Assembly (NCBI GenBank): GCA_964439935.1
Contig: CAYTPW010000007.1
Location: 33,932-97,931 of the forward strand
Length of the DNA: 64,000 nt
Origin: an uncultured bacterium
GTDB lineage: Bacteria > Fidelibacterota > Marinisomatia > Marinisomatales > TCS56
Direction of reading: 5' to 3'
Part shown: positions 47,641-57,310 of the stretch, piece by piece
Position numbering within the stretch: position 1 is the stretch's first letter
Layout: each line of letters starts with the position of its first letter
Program-made: the position numbers and the translations under genes
The notes under the pieces: model-generated
Seen by the model: the letters and a program-made list of their open reading frames with translations, nothing else
The model's database searches: none
Told to the model about the DNA's origin: nothing

Positions 47641-48906
47641 ATGGATCTTTTTGACAAGTGTCATTCTGATGGTGGTTACTTTGGTAAATATCGATTAGCA
47701 GGGGATAAATATTTCACCCAGCCGATTCTGGATCCCAGCCCAGGGCGTGTAATGAAATATAATGATTCCAACCAGATCATGTGGTCGATCAATAATTATT
47801 TAGGTTTGGCGGAGAATAAGGAGATCAGAGCGGCCGCGTTGGCGGCCGTGAAGGAATTCAGTACCAGCGCGCCGATGGGATCACGGATGATGAGCGGTAA
47901 TACTTCCGATCATATTGAACTGGAACGGCGTTTGGCGGAGTACTCGCAAAAAGAAGCCGCGATCTTGTTTAATTATGGCTACCTGGGAGTTCTTGGTACT
48001 ATTTCATCTCTAGCGCAGCAGGATGATATTATAATCATGGATAAACTGTCCCATGCCTCGATAGTGGATGGTACTTTCCTGTCAAATGTACCATTCCGGG
48101 TTTATCGCCATAACGATATGAACAGTCTTGAAACACTGTTAAAACGGGTTAATCGAGATCGCAAGGGTGGCCTGCTGATCGTGATTGAAGGGACTTACGG
48201 CATGACCGGTGACCTGGCAAATTTACCAGAAATCTGCCGATTGAAAGATAAGTATGATGCCCGGTTGTTCGTCGATGATGCTCATGGATTTGGAGTGATG
48301 GGTGCTGAAGGACGAGGAATTGGAGAACATTTTGGCATCCAGGATCAGATTGATATCTATTTTGGAACATTTGCCAAAGCCTTTGCCTCGATCGGTGGAT
48401 TTTCCAGTGCACCGGAGAAAGTTGTAGACTGGATTCGCTATAATGCCCGAACTCAAGTTTTTGCCAAGAGTCTGCCAATGGTCTATGTCCGGGCGTTGCA
48501 AAAAACATTGGAATTGGTCGTTAATGGATCTGATTACCGGGAGCGGATGTGGAACAATGCCAATCTGCTGAAAGATAGCTTACGGAATGAAGGATTTACC
48601 GTAGGCTGGGGTGAATCGCCAATCTGTCCGGTCTATGTAACCGCAGCCGAAGAGGAGATGGAATCCGTCGGTCGTCAAATGTCGACCTATCTACGTGATA
48701 ATGGCATTTTTGTTACCGGTGTGACCTGGCCGGTGATCCCTCTGGGTTTTATTATGTTCCGGATGATTCCGACCGCTTCCCATTTACCGGAGGATATAGA
48801 GCGCACGATAGCTGTATTTCGAACCATGCGCGAGGAACTGAATCTCGACCTTTCGATGAGCTCCGATAGCAAGCGGAAAATTAGAAAATTATACGGTAAG
48901 GAATAA
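47641..48906 (+). CDS. alpha-oxoamine synthase family PLP enzyme (BioF/Kbl/serine-palmitoyltransferase-like; candidate cysteate acyltransferase)
   Basis: 421 aa with NNYLGL, DDAHG and the PLP-lysine motif GTFAKAF. It starts 1 nt after the upstream stop. Confidence 0.65.
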   Translation: MDLFDKCHSDGGYFGKYRLAGDKYFTQPILDPSPGRVMKYNDSNQIMWSINNYLGLAENKEIRAAALAAVKEFSTSAPMGSRMMSGNTSDHIELERRLAEYSQKEAAILFNYGYLGVLGTISSLAQQDDIIIMDKLSHASIVDGTFLSNVPFRVYRHNDMNSLETLLKRVNRDRKGGLLIVIEGTYGMTGDLANLPEICRLKDKYDARLFVDDAHGFGVMGAEGRGIGEHFGIQDQIDIYFGTFAKAFASIGGFSSAPEKVVDWIRYNARTQVFAKSLPMVYVRALQKTLELVVNGSDYRERMWNNANLLKDSLRNEGFTVGWGESPICPVYVTAAEEEMESVGRQMSTYLRDNGIFVTGVTWPVIPLGFIMFRMIPTASHLPEDIERTIAVFRTMREELNLDLSMSSDSKRKIRKLYGKE

Positions 48907-48917
48907 ATTATATTGGT

Positions 48918-51902
48918 TTAGCGGTTCGATTCCCAGGCTGGACAGAGCAGTGTTTTGTAATCGCACCAGTTACAATGATGCCCTTTATTATGTTCGAATA
49001 AGCCGCTCTTAATCCCATCTACCACCATATTAATTTGAGCTTTAAACTCATCCAGTTCAGCGCTGGTAAAACTGTGACTGTGTTCCGGTTGATCTTGCTC
49101 CCGTAGAAAAAGTAAACTGGCCAGGACTGGTAAGCCACTTAGTTCGGTTGTGGTTTGTTGAGCCAAATAGAGGCAGTACACCGCAAGCTGCAGGCTGTCC
49201 TGAGGTTTGGTTACCGTTTTGCCGGTTTTATAATCGACAACCTTCAAGCCATCAGTTATGCGGTCAATCCGGTCGATTTTGCCGACAATTGTACAGAAAT
49301 CCAGGTCGAATTTGAAACGAAATTCCGTTTGCAGAACCTCCGGTGGGTCAGCTATAAAATACCGGTAATAGCGTTTAAGCAGATCCACACCCTGCTCCTT
49401 GAAACTGATTTCCCGCGATTTATAATCGAATCCTTCTGTCTGCCAGAAGCGCTCAAGCAATTCCAGCAATTCGCCCTCTTTGCTGAGATTATCGCTGTGG
49501 AAATACTCCAGTACCTGGTGAATTATATTACCAAAAACAAGCTGTGGTTTCTCAGCAGTCTCGGGAATATTGTCAATATAGGCAAAACGATATTTCAAGG
49601 GACACTGATCGTAGGTGTCGATTGCGCTGGCAGACAGCACTGGATGCTCAGGTACCGCAAGTGATGGCTGATTTTTCAACTGGATTTGTAGTTCGTTTTC
49701 CCAATCGGAATTGCCCCAGTCCACTTGTTTACCGCGGGCCAGAGTCTCAATGCATTCCAGGGCATTGACCAGATTGCGTGAAATATCAAACTGGTCCTGG
49801 GAGATAGCAGCCGCCAGTCGTTGTTCATAAATAATCCTTAAATCATTTTCTTTTACGGATTCAGGGGTGGTTTTTGTTTGAGCCATAGTGGTTATCCTGA
49901 TTAAATCAGCAGGTATTTCTTTGATAAATGGTGAGGTACGTTTTAGAGGTGCCAGGAGCAGTAATTCATCTTTTGCCCTGGTCATTGCCACGTAAAACAG
50001 CCGCCGCTCTTCCTGGCGATGCAATTCTTTTTGATCAGAAATAGTAGTGCGATCAGTATGTGTACTTTCTTTTGGTGGCGCGGTTACAAATTTTCCCGGT
50101 CGGTAATTGAGCGGGAAACGTTGTACCTGGTTATATGGAACGATAACAACCGGGTATTCTAATCCCTTTGCTTTGTGAATAGTTTGAACCAGGATTGCGT
50201 TGCGGTCTTTCAAAGATCGCGGCTCCCGGGCTGCTATGATATTCGAACGCTCCAGCGTTTCCATATAGTACGTGAAATTCAATAAAGAATTATTTGCCGG
50301 ATAGCGTCGATTGAATTCCAGGGAGCGATTGATAAAATCTGCAGCGTTAACCAGAGCGGTGCGGTCGGTCAATTCATATTGCTGGACATAAGGTAGCAGC
50401 AGCCGTGTTTCCCGGCAGATTTCCAGGACCATTTCGGCAGCCGTCCAGTTCTGCCCTAATGCCTGTTTCCGGAATTGATCTATTAACCGGTACAGGTCGG
50501 TCAATTCCGTGGATTCCTTGCTCAGGGGACGCAGCAATTCCAGGCGGCTGGTCAGATCGCGGCGGGGATGTGTTTGGTAGAATTTCCGAGCTGTATTCGG
50601 CCCGACCGCAGCACTTAACAGGCGATAAAAAGCTGCATCGGAATGCGCGCCGCCACCGGCCACCTGGCACCAGGCCAGCAAATCCCGGATCACCGGCAAC
50701 TGGAAATATTCAGCAATGAAAACATTGACCGGTATCCCTGCCAGCTCCAACTGGTGGGCTGCTTCTTTGACCTGCGATCGGGTGCGGCAAAGAATTGTTA
50801 TATCACCAGGTGTGGATCCTTGATCAAAATAATCCTTTACCAGATCAGGCAGTATAGCATTTTGCTGGTCGGTAGTTCCCTGAATCAGCTGTGGTCGATT
50901 ACCCTGGGGTCGCAAAGGATTCATAAGGTTTTTGGGAATCCGCACCCGGTTGTTGGCGATTACAGCATTGGCCGCTGTGAGGATCGGTTGACAGGACCGG
51001 TAATTTTCAGTTAATGTGATTTCTACATAATCGGGATGTAGATGATAACGCTGGCGAAAATCGGATATATTATAGGAACTTGCTCCACGAAAACTAAATA
51101 TTACCTGATCATCGTCCCCTACCACTGTGATACTCTGACGTTTGCCAGACAACCGCTGAATTATTTCGTTCAGGGCGTAATTATTGTCCTGGAATTCATC
51201 GATTATCAGATGCTGGTAACGCTGCTGCAATTTCGGCAGCAGGTCGGGATCATTTAAGAGATCGTAACAATATTGGATCATATCGCCGTAATCCACCAGA
51301 TTGGCAGCTAGTTTCCACTGCTGATAGTGTCGGGTTATCCGCAGCAGATCCTGCAGTTGAGCCCGGGATTCAATCTCAGCCGGATCTTCAGAGGCCCCCG
51401 GAACTGTAATTTGCTCTGGAGCGATCAGCTCATCCTGCAGGCGTTTCATGAATGGTAAAATTGATTCGCTGACCGACCGGACCGGATCCAGTGGCAATTC
51501 CCGGGACGCAAACGGCCCCAGTTCATCGAAGCGGTTCAGGAGCATAAAGATGGCGTCGCCTTCCTCAATCAGAATTGGCTGATTGTCGGAAGGATAACCG
51601 AATTCACGTACGATGGAATAACAAAAGGCATGGAAGGTTCCTACCGTAAGCGGTTCAGCGATTGTTCCAACTTCTGCCAGAATCCGATCCTTCAATTCCT
51701 GAGCAGCCTTTTCGGTATAGGTTATCGCCAGGATCGCGGCTGGATCAACAGACTGTACCTCAATTAGATAAATAATTCGCTGTATCAGGGTCGTTGTTTT
51801 ACCGGTCCCGGCACCGGCCACAACCATTAGTGGGGCTGGCGGATGGGTAATGGCCCGGGTTTGGGCTTGATTGGCGGTGAAAGCTCCCCTGGAATAATAC
51901 AT
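48918..51902 (-). CDS. UvrD/PcrA-type superfamily 1 helicase fused to a PD-(D/E)XK (RecB/Cas4-like, Cys-cluster) nuclease
   Basis: 994 aa. Walker A is AGAGTGKTT and motif II is IIDEFQDNN. The C-terminal nuclease motif is VVDYKTGK, with Cys residues at CPLKY and CNWCDYKTLLCP. Confidence 0.8.
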   Translation of the reverse strand: MYYSRGAFTANQAQTRAITHPPAPLMVVAGAGTGKTTTLIQRIIYLIEVQSVDPAAILAITYTEKAAQELKDRILAEVGTIAEPLTVGTFHAFCYSIVREFGYPSDNQPILIEEGDAIFMLLNRFDELGPFASRELPLDPVRSVSESILPFMKRLQDELIAPEQITVPGASEDPAEIESRAQLQDLLRITRHYQQWKLAANLVDYGDMIQYCYDLLNDPDLLPKLQQRYQHLIIDEFQDNNYALNEIIQRLSGKRQSITVVGDDDQVIFSFRGASSYNISDFRQRYHLHPDYVEITLTENYRSCQPILTAANAVIANNRVRIPKNLMNPLRPQGNRPQLIQGTTDQQNAILPDLVKDYFDQGSTPGDITILCRTRSQVKEAAHQLELAGIPVNVFIAEYFQLPVIRDLLAWCQVAGGGAHSDAAFYRLLSAAVGPNTARKFYQTHPRRDLTSRLELLRPLSKESTELTDLYRLIDQFRKQALGQNWTAAEMVLEICRETRLLLPYVQQYELTDRTALVNAADFINRSLEFNRRYPANNSLLNFTYYMETLERSNIIAAREPRSLKDRNAILVQTIHKAKGLEYPVVIVPYNQVQRFPLNYRPGKFVTAPPKESTHTDRTTISDQKELHRQEERRLFYVAMTRAKDELLLLAPLKRTSPFIKEIPADLIRITTMAQTKTTPESVKENDLRIIYEQRLAAAISQDQFDISRNLVNALECIETLARGKQVDWGNSDWENELQIQLKNQPSLAVPEHPVLSASAIDTYDQCPLKYRFAYIDNIPETAEKPQLVFGNIIHQVLEYFHSDNLSKEGELLELLERFWQTEGFDYKSREISFKEQGVDLLKRYYRYFIADPPEVLQTEFRFKFDLDFCTIVGKIDRIDRITDGLKVVDYKTGKTVTKPQDSLQLAVYCLYLAQQTTTELSGLPVLASLLFLREQDQPEHSHSFTSAELDEFKAQINMVVDGIKSGLFEHNKGHHCNWCDYKTLLCPAWESNR

Positions 51903-52023
51903 GCTGAAAATTACGAAGCATGGATAATCAATTACGAATAGGAATAATCAGGCCGGATTAATGGCTGCTGCTAGCGGGGAATCCAACTGGAATTCCACCT
52001 TTCATATTTAAAATTATTTTTTT

Positions 52024-52049
52024 AACCTTTTCAACCAAAGCGGGTCTAA
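52024..52049 (+). promoter_or_regulatory. ECF-type promoter candidate (AAC-N17-GTCTAA)
   Basis: The sequence is TAACC(52023-52027)-N-GTCTAA(52044-52049), 14 nt before the sigma-factor ATG. This would give a very short leader. Confidence 0.3.
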
Positions 52050-52063
52050 TCGGGCATAACTGA

Positions 52064-52588
52064 ATGAAAACTGACCATGAACTTATTAAGGCATTTCAAA
52101 AAGGAAATCGAATCGCATTCGAAGACCTGGTTCGCCGGTATCTATCAGAGGTGGTGGGTTTCTTCCTTCGTTTTACCAACGATGAAATGGCGGCCGATGA
52201 TCTGGCTCAGGATGTTTTTCTCAAATTATATAAAAGTCTTGCCAATTTTCGTTTTGAGGCCGATTTCAAGACCTATCTTTACCGAATCAATCTCAACCGC
52301 GCTAATTCTTACCTCCGGCGCAACCGTTGGAAGCATTTACTGCACCTGGACCAGATTCCTGAGCGGGTTCAACAATCCGGTGCCGATAATTACAAATGGT
52401 CAAAAACAGAACTTTGGCAGGCGGTGGCCGGTTTGCCCAAAAAACAGCGCCTGGTTGTCATGATGCGCGTATCCCAGGAACTGCCTTTCAAAGACATTGC
52501 CCGGATCCTGTCCATATCGACCGGATCAGCAAAAGTAAATTTCCATCATGGTATAACGAAAATGAAATCAGAATTAGGAACAGAATAA
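52064..52588 (+). CDS. RNA polymerase sigma-70 factor, ECF subfamily
   Basis: 174 aa. Region 2 is DLAQDVFLKLY... and region 4 is VVMMRVSQELPFKDIARILSISTGSAKVNFHHG. Confidence 0.9.
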   Translation: MKTDHELIKAFQKGNRIAFEDLVRRYLSEVVGFFLRFTNDEMAADDLAQDVFLKLYKSLANFRFEADFKTYLYRINLNRANSYLRRNRWKHLLHLDQIPERVQQSGADNYKWSKTELWQAVAGLPKKQRLVVMMRVSQELPFKDIARILSISTGSAKVNFHHGITKMKSELGTE

Positions 52589-52960
52589 ATGCAGTTTGAA
52601 TCTAGGCTTGCTGGACTGGTAAATCGAATTGAACCAACAGTTGATCCGGATGATTTTATCGCCCGTTTGAATACGCGCCGCCAGCGGCAGATCGACAGCT
52701 TCCGGCAAATCAAATCCGGAGTGTTAGCCGGTATTATGGTACTGGCAGTTGGATTATTCAGCCAGTTGCAGATCAATTCGACCGTGGCACACCTGGCCTA
52801 TCTGGAAGAAAATTATTTAACTGAGCAAGAATTGGCCTACAATGAACAACTTGTGGAAGACACAGCGATTTATCTGCTGGCCGAGACCGATGATGTATGG
52901 AGAACCCTGGTGTTTTTTGATGAAATAAATTTTAATCTGGTAAATGGTATTAAGGAGTAA
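52589..52960 (+). CDS. putative anti-sigma factor (single-pass membrane protein)
   Basis: Its start abuts the sigma-factor stop (TAAATG). It has one central TM segment (VLAGIMVLAVGLF). The call rests on position only. Confidence 0.45.
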   Translation: MQFESRLAGLVNRIEPTVDPDDFIARLNTRRQRQIDSFRQIKSGVLAGIMVLAVGLFSQLQINSTVAHLAYLEENYLTEQELAYNEQLVEDTAIYLLAETDDVWRTLVFFDEINFNLVNGIKE

Positions 52961-52964
52961 TACA

Positions 52965-53492
52965 ATGAAAATAATAAGTCAATTAATAATAGTAATCGGG
53001 GTAGTTGGCCTACTAAGCGGGCAAGATGTGCCTCCCGCACCTGAAGCACCCTTGGGTCAGGGCGGAAACCGGATGGAAATGATGGCGATTTGGCGTTTAA
53101 CTGAAAATTTGAAGCTAACGCCTGATCAGGCTGAAATATATTTTCCCGCCATGCGTGAAAACAGGGCAGTGATCAACCAACTGGAGCAAGAACAGCGCGC
53201 CATGCAAAAAACGATGCTGGATAAAGCTGAACGAGGTGAGGAAATCACTGACCGGGATTTAGAATCCTTTATCAAGGAACTGAAAGCGATCGAACATCGG
53301 AAACTGGATATCCGTGAGCAGCATATTAAAGATATGGAAAATACTCTCACTAATGTTCAAAGGGTGAAATTGACCGTGTTTAAGGATCAATACCGACATG
53401 AGCTGCAGAAAAATATGCGTGAAGCACGGCAAAATTATAATCGTGGCCCTTGGCCGAAGAATAAACAAAAAAATCAGAAAAGATTTTGGTAA
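52965..53492 (+). CDS. periplasmic Spy/CpxP-like (LTxxQ motif) protein
   Basis: It has an AAGGAG RBS and a signal peptide. LKLTPDQ matches the LTxxQ motif. The rest is a highly charged helical repeat region. Confidence 0.55.
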   Translation: MKIISQLIIVIGVVGLLSGQDVPPAPEAPLGQGGNRMEMMAIWRLTENLKLTPDQAEIYFPAMRENRAVINQLEQEQRAMQKTMLDKAERGEEITDRDLESFIKELKAIEHRKLDIREQHIKDMENTLTNVQRVKLTVFKDQYRHELQKNMREARQNYNRGPWPKNKQKNQKRFW

Positions 53493-53518
53493 TTAATAAC
53501 ATAACCAGGGAAAATACA

Positions 53519-54517
53519 ATGAAAAATATATTAATCCTTTTAACCGGTCTCAGCCTGCTGATGTTTGTCGGGTGTGAGGATGCAGAACAGGATCCGATAA
53601 GCATGGAACAGCACTTACTGACTTTGATAAATACTGATGAAACATTGGGGCTGGCTGGATTTGACGACGGAGACGCCGCCGATGGTGATTATGAAGATGG
53701 TCTGGAGCAGCAGGGTTTATTCAAGGTTTTGGGGGATACACTTGATCCGGACAGTGACCTGCGAATCAGATTTGGCAGGCGGATTACCAATATTGATCGT
53801 GATGTTGTTTTCACCGATTTGGATAATGATACTGCCATTGGTGTTATCACAAAGACGATAACTGGAGATTTCATCATTTTCAGTCGGGATACTGTAAGTG
53901 GTGACACCACCCACTGGGTCAAATCATTTATAACCGATTTCACCCGCAAGGTGCGTTTCGTCAGGATCGATACGGTCGATAGTGACAGTACCGACGGCTG
54001 GCGGATAAACGCTATATCAATCGGAGTTGGTGAAACGGGATCTAAAGTAGACATTTCAAAAATAGAATTTTTCACCCAGGATGAAGCCACTCCGATCTAT
54101 TCGTTTGAAGGAGATGTCACAGATTTTTTCATACCGCGATCCGAGTTGCCAACCTTCCAGGCCTGGCGGTTAATCAGGATGGAGGTAACGGTTACGAATA
54201 ACGGTCCGGAATTCCCATTCAACAGTGGTGAGGCCGTTATGCTTCACTACGGGCACGGTCGCGGGTACAAAGGCCGCCGGCTGATAAATGATATGGGACT
54301 ATTTTCCGATGCGACAGCGCTGGACAATGTCTTTACCGGTCTGTGGCTGGTACATGGACCCGGGCGCCGTCCTCATCGTCCGGACCAGCCCCACCAGCGT
54401 CGTGTCTTCCGCAGTTTTGTTGATGTTATTGATTTTGGTACGCTGTATACTGAGGATGAGGCTGTTCATTCAGTCTTTTGGGCGCTGCCTTACCGTAGTA
54501 TCCGTCCCGGCAACTAA
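53519..54517 (+). CDS. hypothetical lipoprotein
   Basis: The ATG at 53519 gives signal peptide/lipobox MFVGC. An acidic linker follows. No recognisable domain. Confidence 0.5.
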   Translation: MKNILILLTGLSLLMFVGCEDAEQDPISMEQHLLTLINTDETLGLAGFDDGDAADGDYEDGLEQQGLFKVLGDTLDPDSDLRIRFGRRITNIDRDVVFTDLDNDTAIGVITKTITGDFIIFSRDTVSGDTTHWVKSFITDFTRKVRFVRIDTVDSDSTDGWRINAISIGVGETGSKVDISKIEFFTQDEATPIYSFEGDVTDFFIPRSELPTFQAWRLIRMEVTVTNNGPEFPFNSGEAVMLHYGHGRGYKGRRLINDMGLFSDATALDNVFTGLWLVHGPGRRPHRPDQPHQRRVFRSFVDVIDFGTLYTEDEAVHSVFWALPYRSIRPGN

Positions 54518-54540
54518 ATTTGGCCAATTAGAACCTTGAA

Positions 54541-54568
54541 GGCGCTGTGATTTCACAGCGCCTTTTTT
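54541..54568 (+). terminator. Rho-independent terminator
   Basis: GGCGCTGTG-ATTT-CACAGCGCC-TTTTTT. Confidence 0.85.
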
Positions 54569-54720
54569 CTATAATTACAATCAGCAGTAATATGTTATTT
54601 TAAGCTGTAAATATCCATTTCACTGAATAAACAGATACCTGTAAATTCTGATCTTGTTTTACAACTGAAAAATAAAAATTAGTATACAAAAGACTTAGAA
54701 CTACCCACTGCTCGAGGTAA

Positions 54721-55593
54721 ATGATGTTCGAAATTGTTGAAGCCTGTTTTATAGCTCAAGATATTAAATTGTTTAAAATTCATTCTCCACCGATCGCCCA
54801 CAAGCGAAAAGCAGGGCAATTTGTTATTATCCGGGTTACGGAAACAGGTGAGCGTATCCCATTGACAATAGCCGATTCAGATCCGGTAGCTGGAACTGTG
54901 ACAATCATTGTCCAGGGGATTGGAAAAACGACCAAAGAATTAAATACCAAAGAGGCCGGCGACACAATTTCTGATATAGTCGGTCCTCTGGGAAAGCCTT
55001 CGCATATCGATAAATTTGGTACCACGGTCAGTATTGGCGGCGGTGTTGGGACAGCGATTGCTTATCCTACAGCGGTTGCGCTTAAAAAAGCCGGCAATCA
55101 TGTGATCACAATTAATGGTGCCCGCTCTAAGGATATGGTCATTTTAGAAGCAGAAATGAAAGCCGTAAGTGACGAAGCCTACATCACCACTGATGATGGC
55201 AGTTACGGTATCCATGGATTTGTCACCACCCAATTGCAGCAGTTGATTGACTCAGGCCGTAATATTGATTTTGTGCTTGCGATCGGTCCAATCCCGATGA
55301 TGCAAGCTGTCGCCGATGTAACCCGTCCCCATGGAATTCAAACTGTCGTAAGCCTTAATCCGATCATGGTGGATGGTACCGGCATGTGTGGTGGCTGTCG
55401 GGTGCAGGTTGCGGGCAAGGTGCAGTTTGCTTGCGTTGACGGTCCTGAATTTGATGCCCACCAGGTCGATTTCACTAACCTGGTCAATCGCAATCGTGTC
55501 TACCATGAGCATGAGCAAAAATCGCTGAAAGCTTATGAACACCGTTGTCGGCTGGCTGCTCAAGCCGATCAATTGCAACATTCATCCGTTTAA
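54721..55593 (+). CDS. ferredoxin-NADP+ reductase-like FAD/NAD-binding subunit with [2Fe-2S] motif (NfnA / sulfide dehydrogenase subunit-like)
   Basis: 290 aa. The RIPLTIAD FAD-binding segment, GGGVGTA and C-terminal CGGCRV...C cluster match the PyrK/NfnA-type pattern. Confidence 0.7.
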   Translation: MMFEIVEACFIAQDIKLFKIHSPPIAHKRKAGQFVIIRVTETGERIPLTIADSDPVAGTVTIIVQGIGKTTKELNTKEAGDTISDIVGPLGKPSHIDKFGTTVSIGGGVGTAIAYPTAVALKKAGNHVITINGARSKDMVILEAEMKAVSDEAYITTDDGSYGIHGFVTTQLQQLIDSGRNIDFVLAIGPIPMMQAVADVTRPHGIQTVVSLNPIMVDGTGMCGGCRVQVAGKVQFACVDGPEFDAHQVDFTNLVNRNRVYHEHEQKSLKAYEHRCRLAAQADQLQHSSV

Positions 55594-55617
55594 CTCCCAC
55601 AAGAATTAGAGAATATT

Positions 55618-57048
55618 ATGGCCGAATTACTCCCGATTAAAGAACGGACAAAAATTTCGCGGCAGAAAATGCCTGAACAACCACCCTTGGAGCGAGCTCA
55701 CAATTTTGAAGAAGTCAACCTGGGTTTGACATCCGAGCAAGCTGTACTGGATGCCCAACGTTGTTTGCAATGTAAGAAACCGACGTGTATGGATGGCTGC
55801 CCTGTAGAGGTTAAGATCACTGAATTTCTGGAACTGGTTGTTCAAGAAGATTTTTTGGGTGCAGCTAGAAAAATCAAGGAGGATAATGTATTACCTGCCA
55901 TCTGTGGCCGGGTATGCCCCCAGGAGACCCAGTGCGAAATACTGTGTAAGATTACCAAGAATTTCGGATCAGTATCGATCGGTCGCCTGGAACGCTTTGT
56001 GGCTGACTATGAAATGGCACAGGGCGTGGAGCCTGATATGCCGCGGATTGCAAAACTCGGCCAGAAAATAGCAATTGTTGGCAGTGGTCCCGCCGGTTTG
56101 AGTTGCGCCGGTGATCTGATAAACATGGGTTATGATGTTACTGTATTTGAAGCGCTTCATGAACTGGGTGGGGTGTTGGTATACGGGATCCCGGAGTTTC
56201 GGCTACCGAAAGCGATCGTTCGGCAGGAAGTTAACAACCTGCGTAAAATGGGTGTTGAATTCAAGACTAACATGGTAATTGGTCAGACCTACACCATCGA
56301 TGAATTATTTAATGATGAAGGCTTCAGTGCTATTTTCGTTGCGGTGGGTGCCGGACTGCCATGGTTCATGAATATCCCGGGAGAAAGCTTGGCAGGAGTA
56401 TATTCAGCCAATGAATTCCTGACACGCGTTAATTTGATGAAAGCCTATAAATTTCCTGACTTTGATTCACCGGTGCTCGATTGTGCTGGAAAGAATGTTG
56501 CGGTATTCGGTGGTGGCAATGTGGCCATGGATGCCGTACGAACCGCGCTGCGTTTGGGGGCTAAAGCAGCAACTATATATTATCGGCGTTCCGAGGTGGA
56601 AATGCCCGCCCGGGAAGAGGAAATTCACCATGCTAAGGATGAAGGCGTTCAGTTTGAAATACTTACCACCCCGATCGAGTTCCTTGGTGATGATGTTGAA
56701 CGGTTACATTCCATGAAATGCATCCGAATGGAGCTGGGTGAGCCCGATTCATCGGGCCGCCGCCGTCCGGTACCAATTAAGGATTCTGAGTATATTGTCC
56801 CGATCGACATTGCTGTTGTTTCGATCGGTAATGGATCCAATCCGCTGATCAGCCAGACAACACCAGATATTGATACCAACAAATGGGGTAATATTATTGC
56901 CGATGAAGAGACGATGAAGACCTCCAAACGGGGTGTATTTGCCGGCGGTGATATCGTTACCGGTGGTGCCACGGTGATCCTGGCGTTGGGTGCCGGTCGC
57001 AAGGCCGCTCGCGGGATTCATGAGTACCTGACTGAAGGAGAATGGTAG
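55618..57048 (+). CDS. NADPH-dependent glutamate-synthase small-chain-like oxidoreductase (GltD/NfnB-like)
   Basis: 476 aa with two N-terminal Cys clusters (CLQCKKPTCMDGCP, CGRVCP), dinucleotide motifs VGSGPAGL and GGGNVAMD, and C-terminal GGD. Confidence 0.8.
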   Translation: MAELLPIKERTKISRQKMPEQPPLERAHNFEEVNLGLTSEQAVLDAQRCLQCKKPTCMDGCPVEVKITEFLELVVQEDFLGAARKIKEDNVLPAICGRVCPQETQCEILCKITKNFGSVSIGRLERFVADYEMAQGVEPDMPRIAKLGQKIAIVGSGPAGLSCAGDLINMGYDVTVFEALHELGGVLVYGIPEFRLPKAIVRQEVNNLRKMGVEFKTNMVIGQTYTIDELFNDEGFSAIFVAVGAGLPWFMNIPGESLAGVYSANEFLTRVNLMKAYKFPDFDSPVLDCAGKNVAVFGGGNVAMDAVRTALRLGAKAATIYYRRSEVEMPAREEEIHHAKDEGVQFEILTTPIEFLGDDVERLHSMKCIRMELGEPDSSGRRRPVPIKDSEYIVPIDIAVVSIGNGSNPLISQTTPDIDTNKWGNIIADEETMKTSKRGVFAGGDIVTGGATVILALGAGRKAARGIHEYLTEGEW

Positions 57049-57093
57049 TAGTAGATCAATTGTCATTGGGTACTGGTCAATAGGTATGTGATG

Positions 57094-57120
57094 AAGCCAC
57101 TCAGTTTGGGTGGCTTTTTT
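57094..57120 (+). terminator. Rho-independent terminator
   Basis: AAGCCAC-TCAGTTTGG-GTGGCTT-TTTT. Confidence 0.75.
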
Positions 57121-57310
57121 ACTGATCTTGGTGGAGGATCTTGAAGGTCACAGATCGAATTCTTGGGGAAAACCAATCATCTGAGAGAGATTTTGCTAGT
57201 TAACTATTGAAGACTAATGAGATTCGTTCGCAAATAATAATAATGCATTGTAACTTTGTTGGTTTTTAGCGATCAGAAAATTAATTATTCGACCAAGGAG
57301 AATTGAATAG

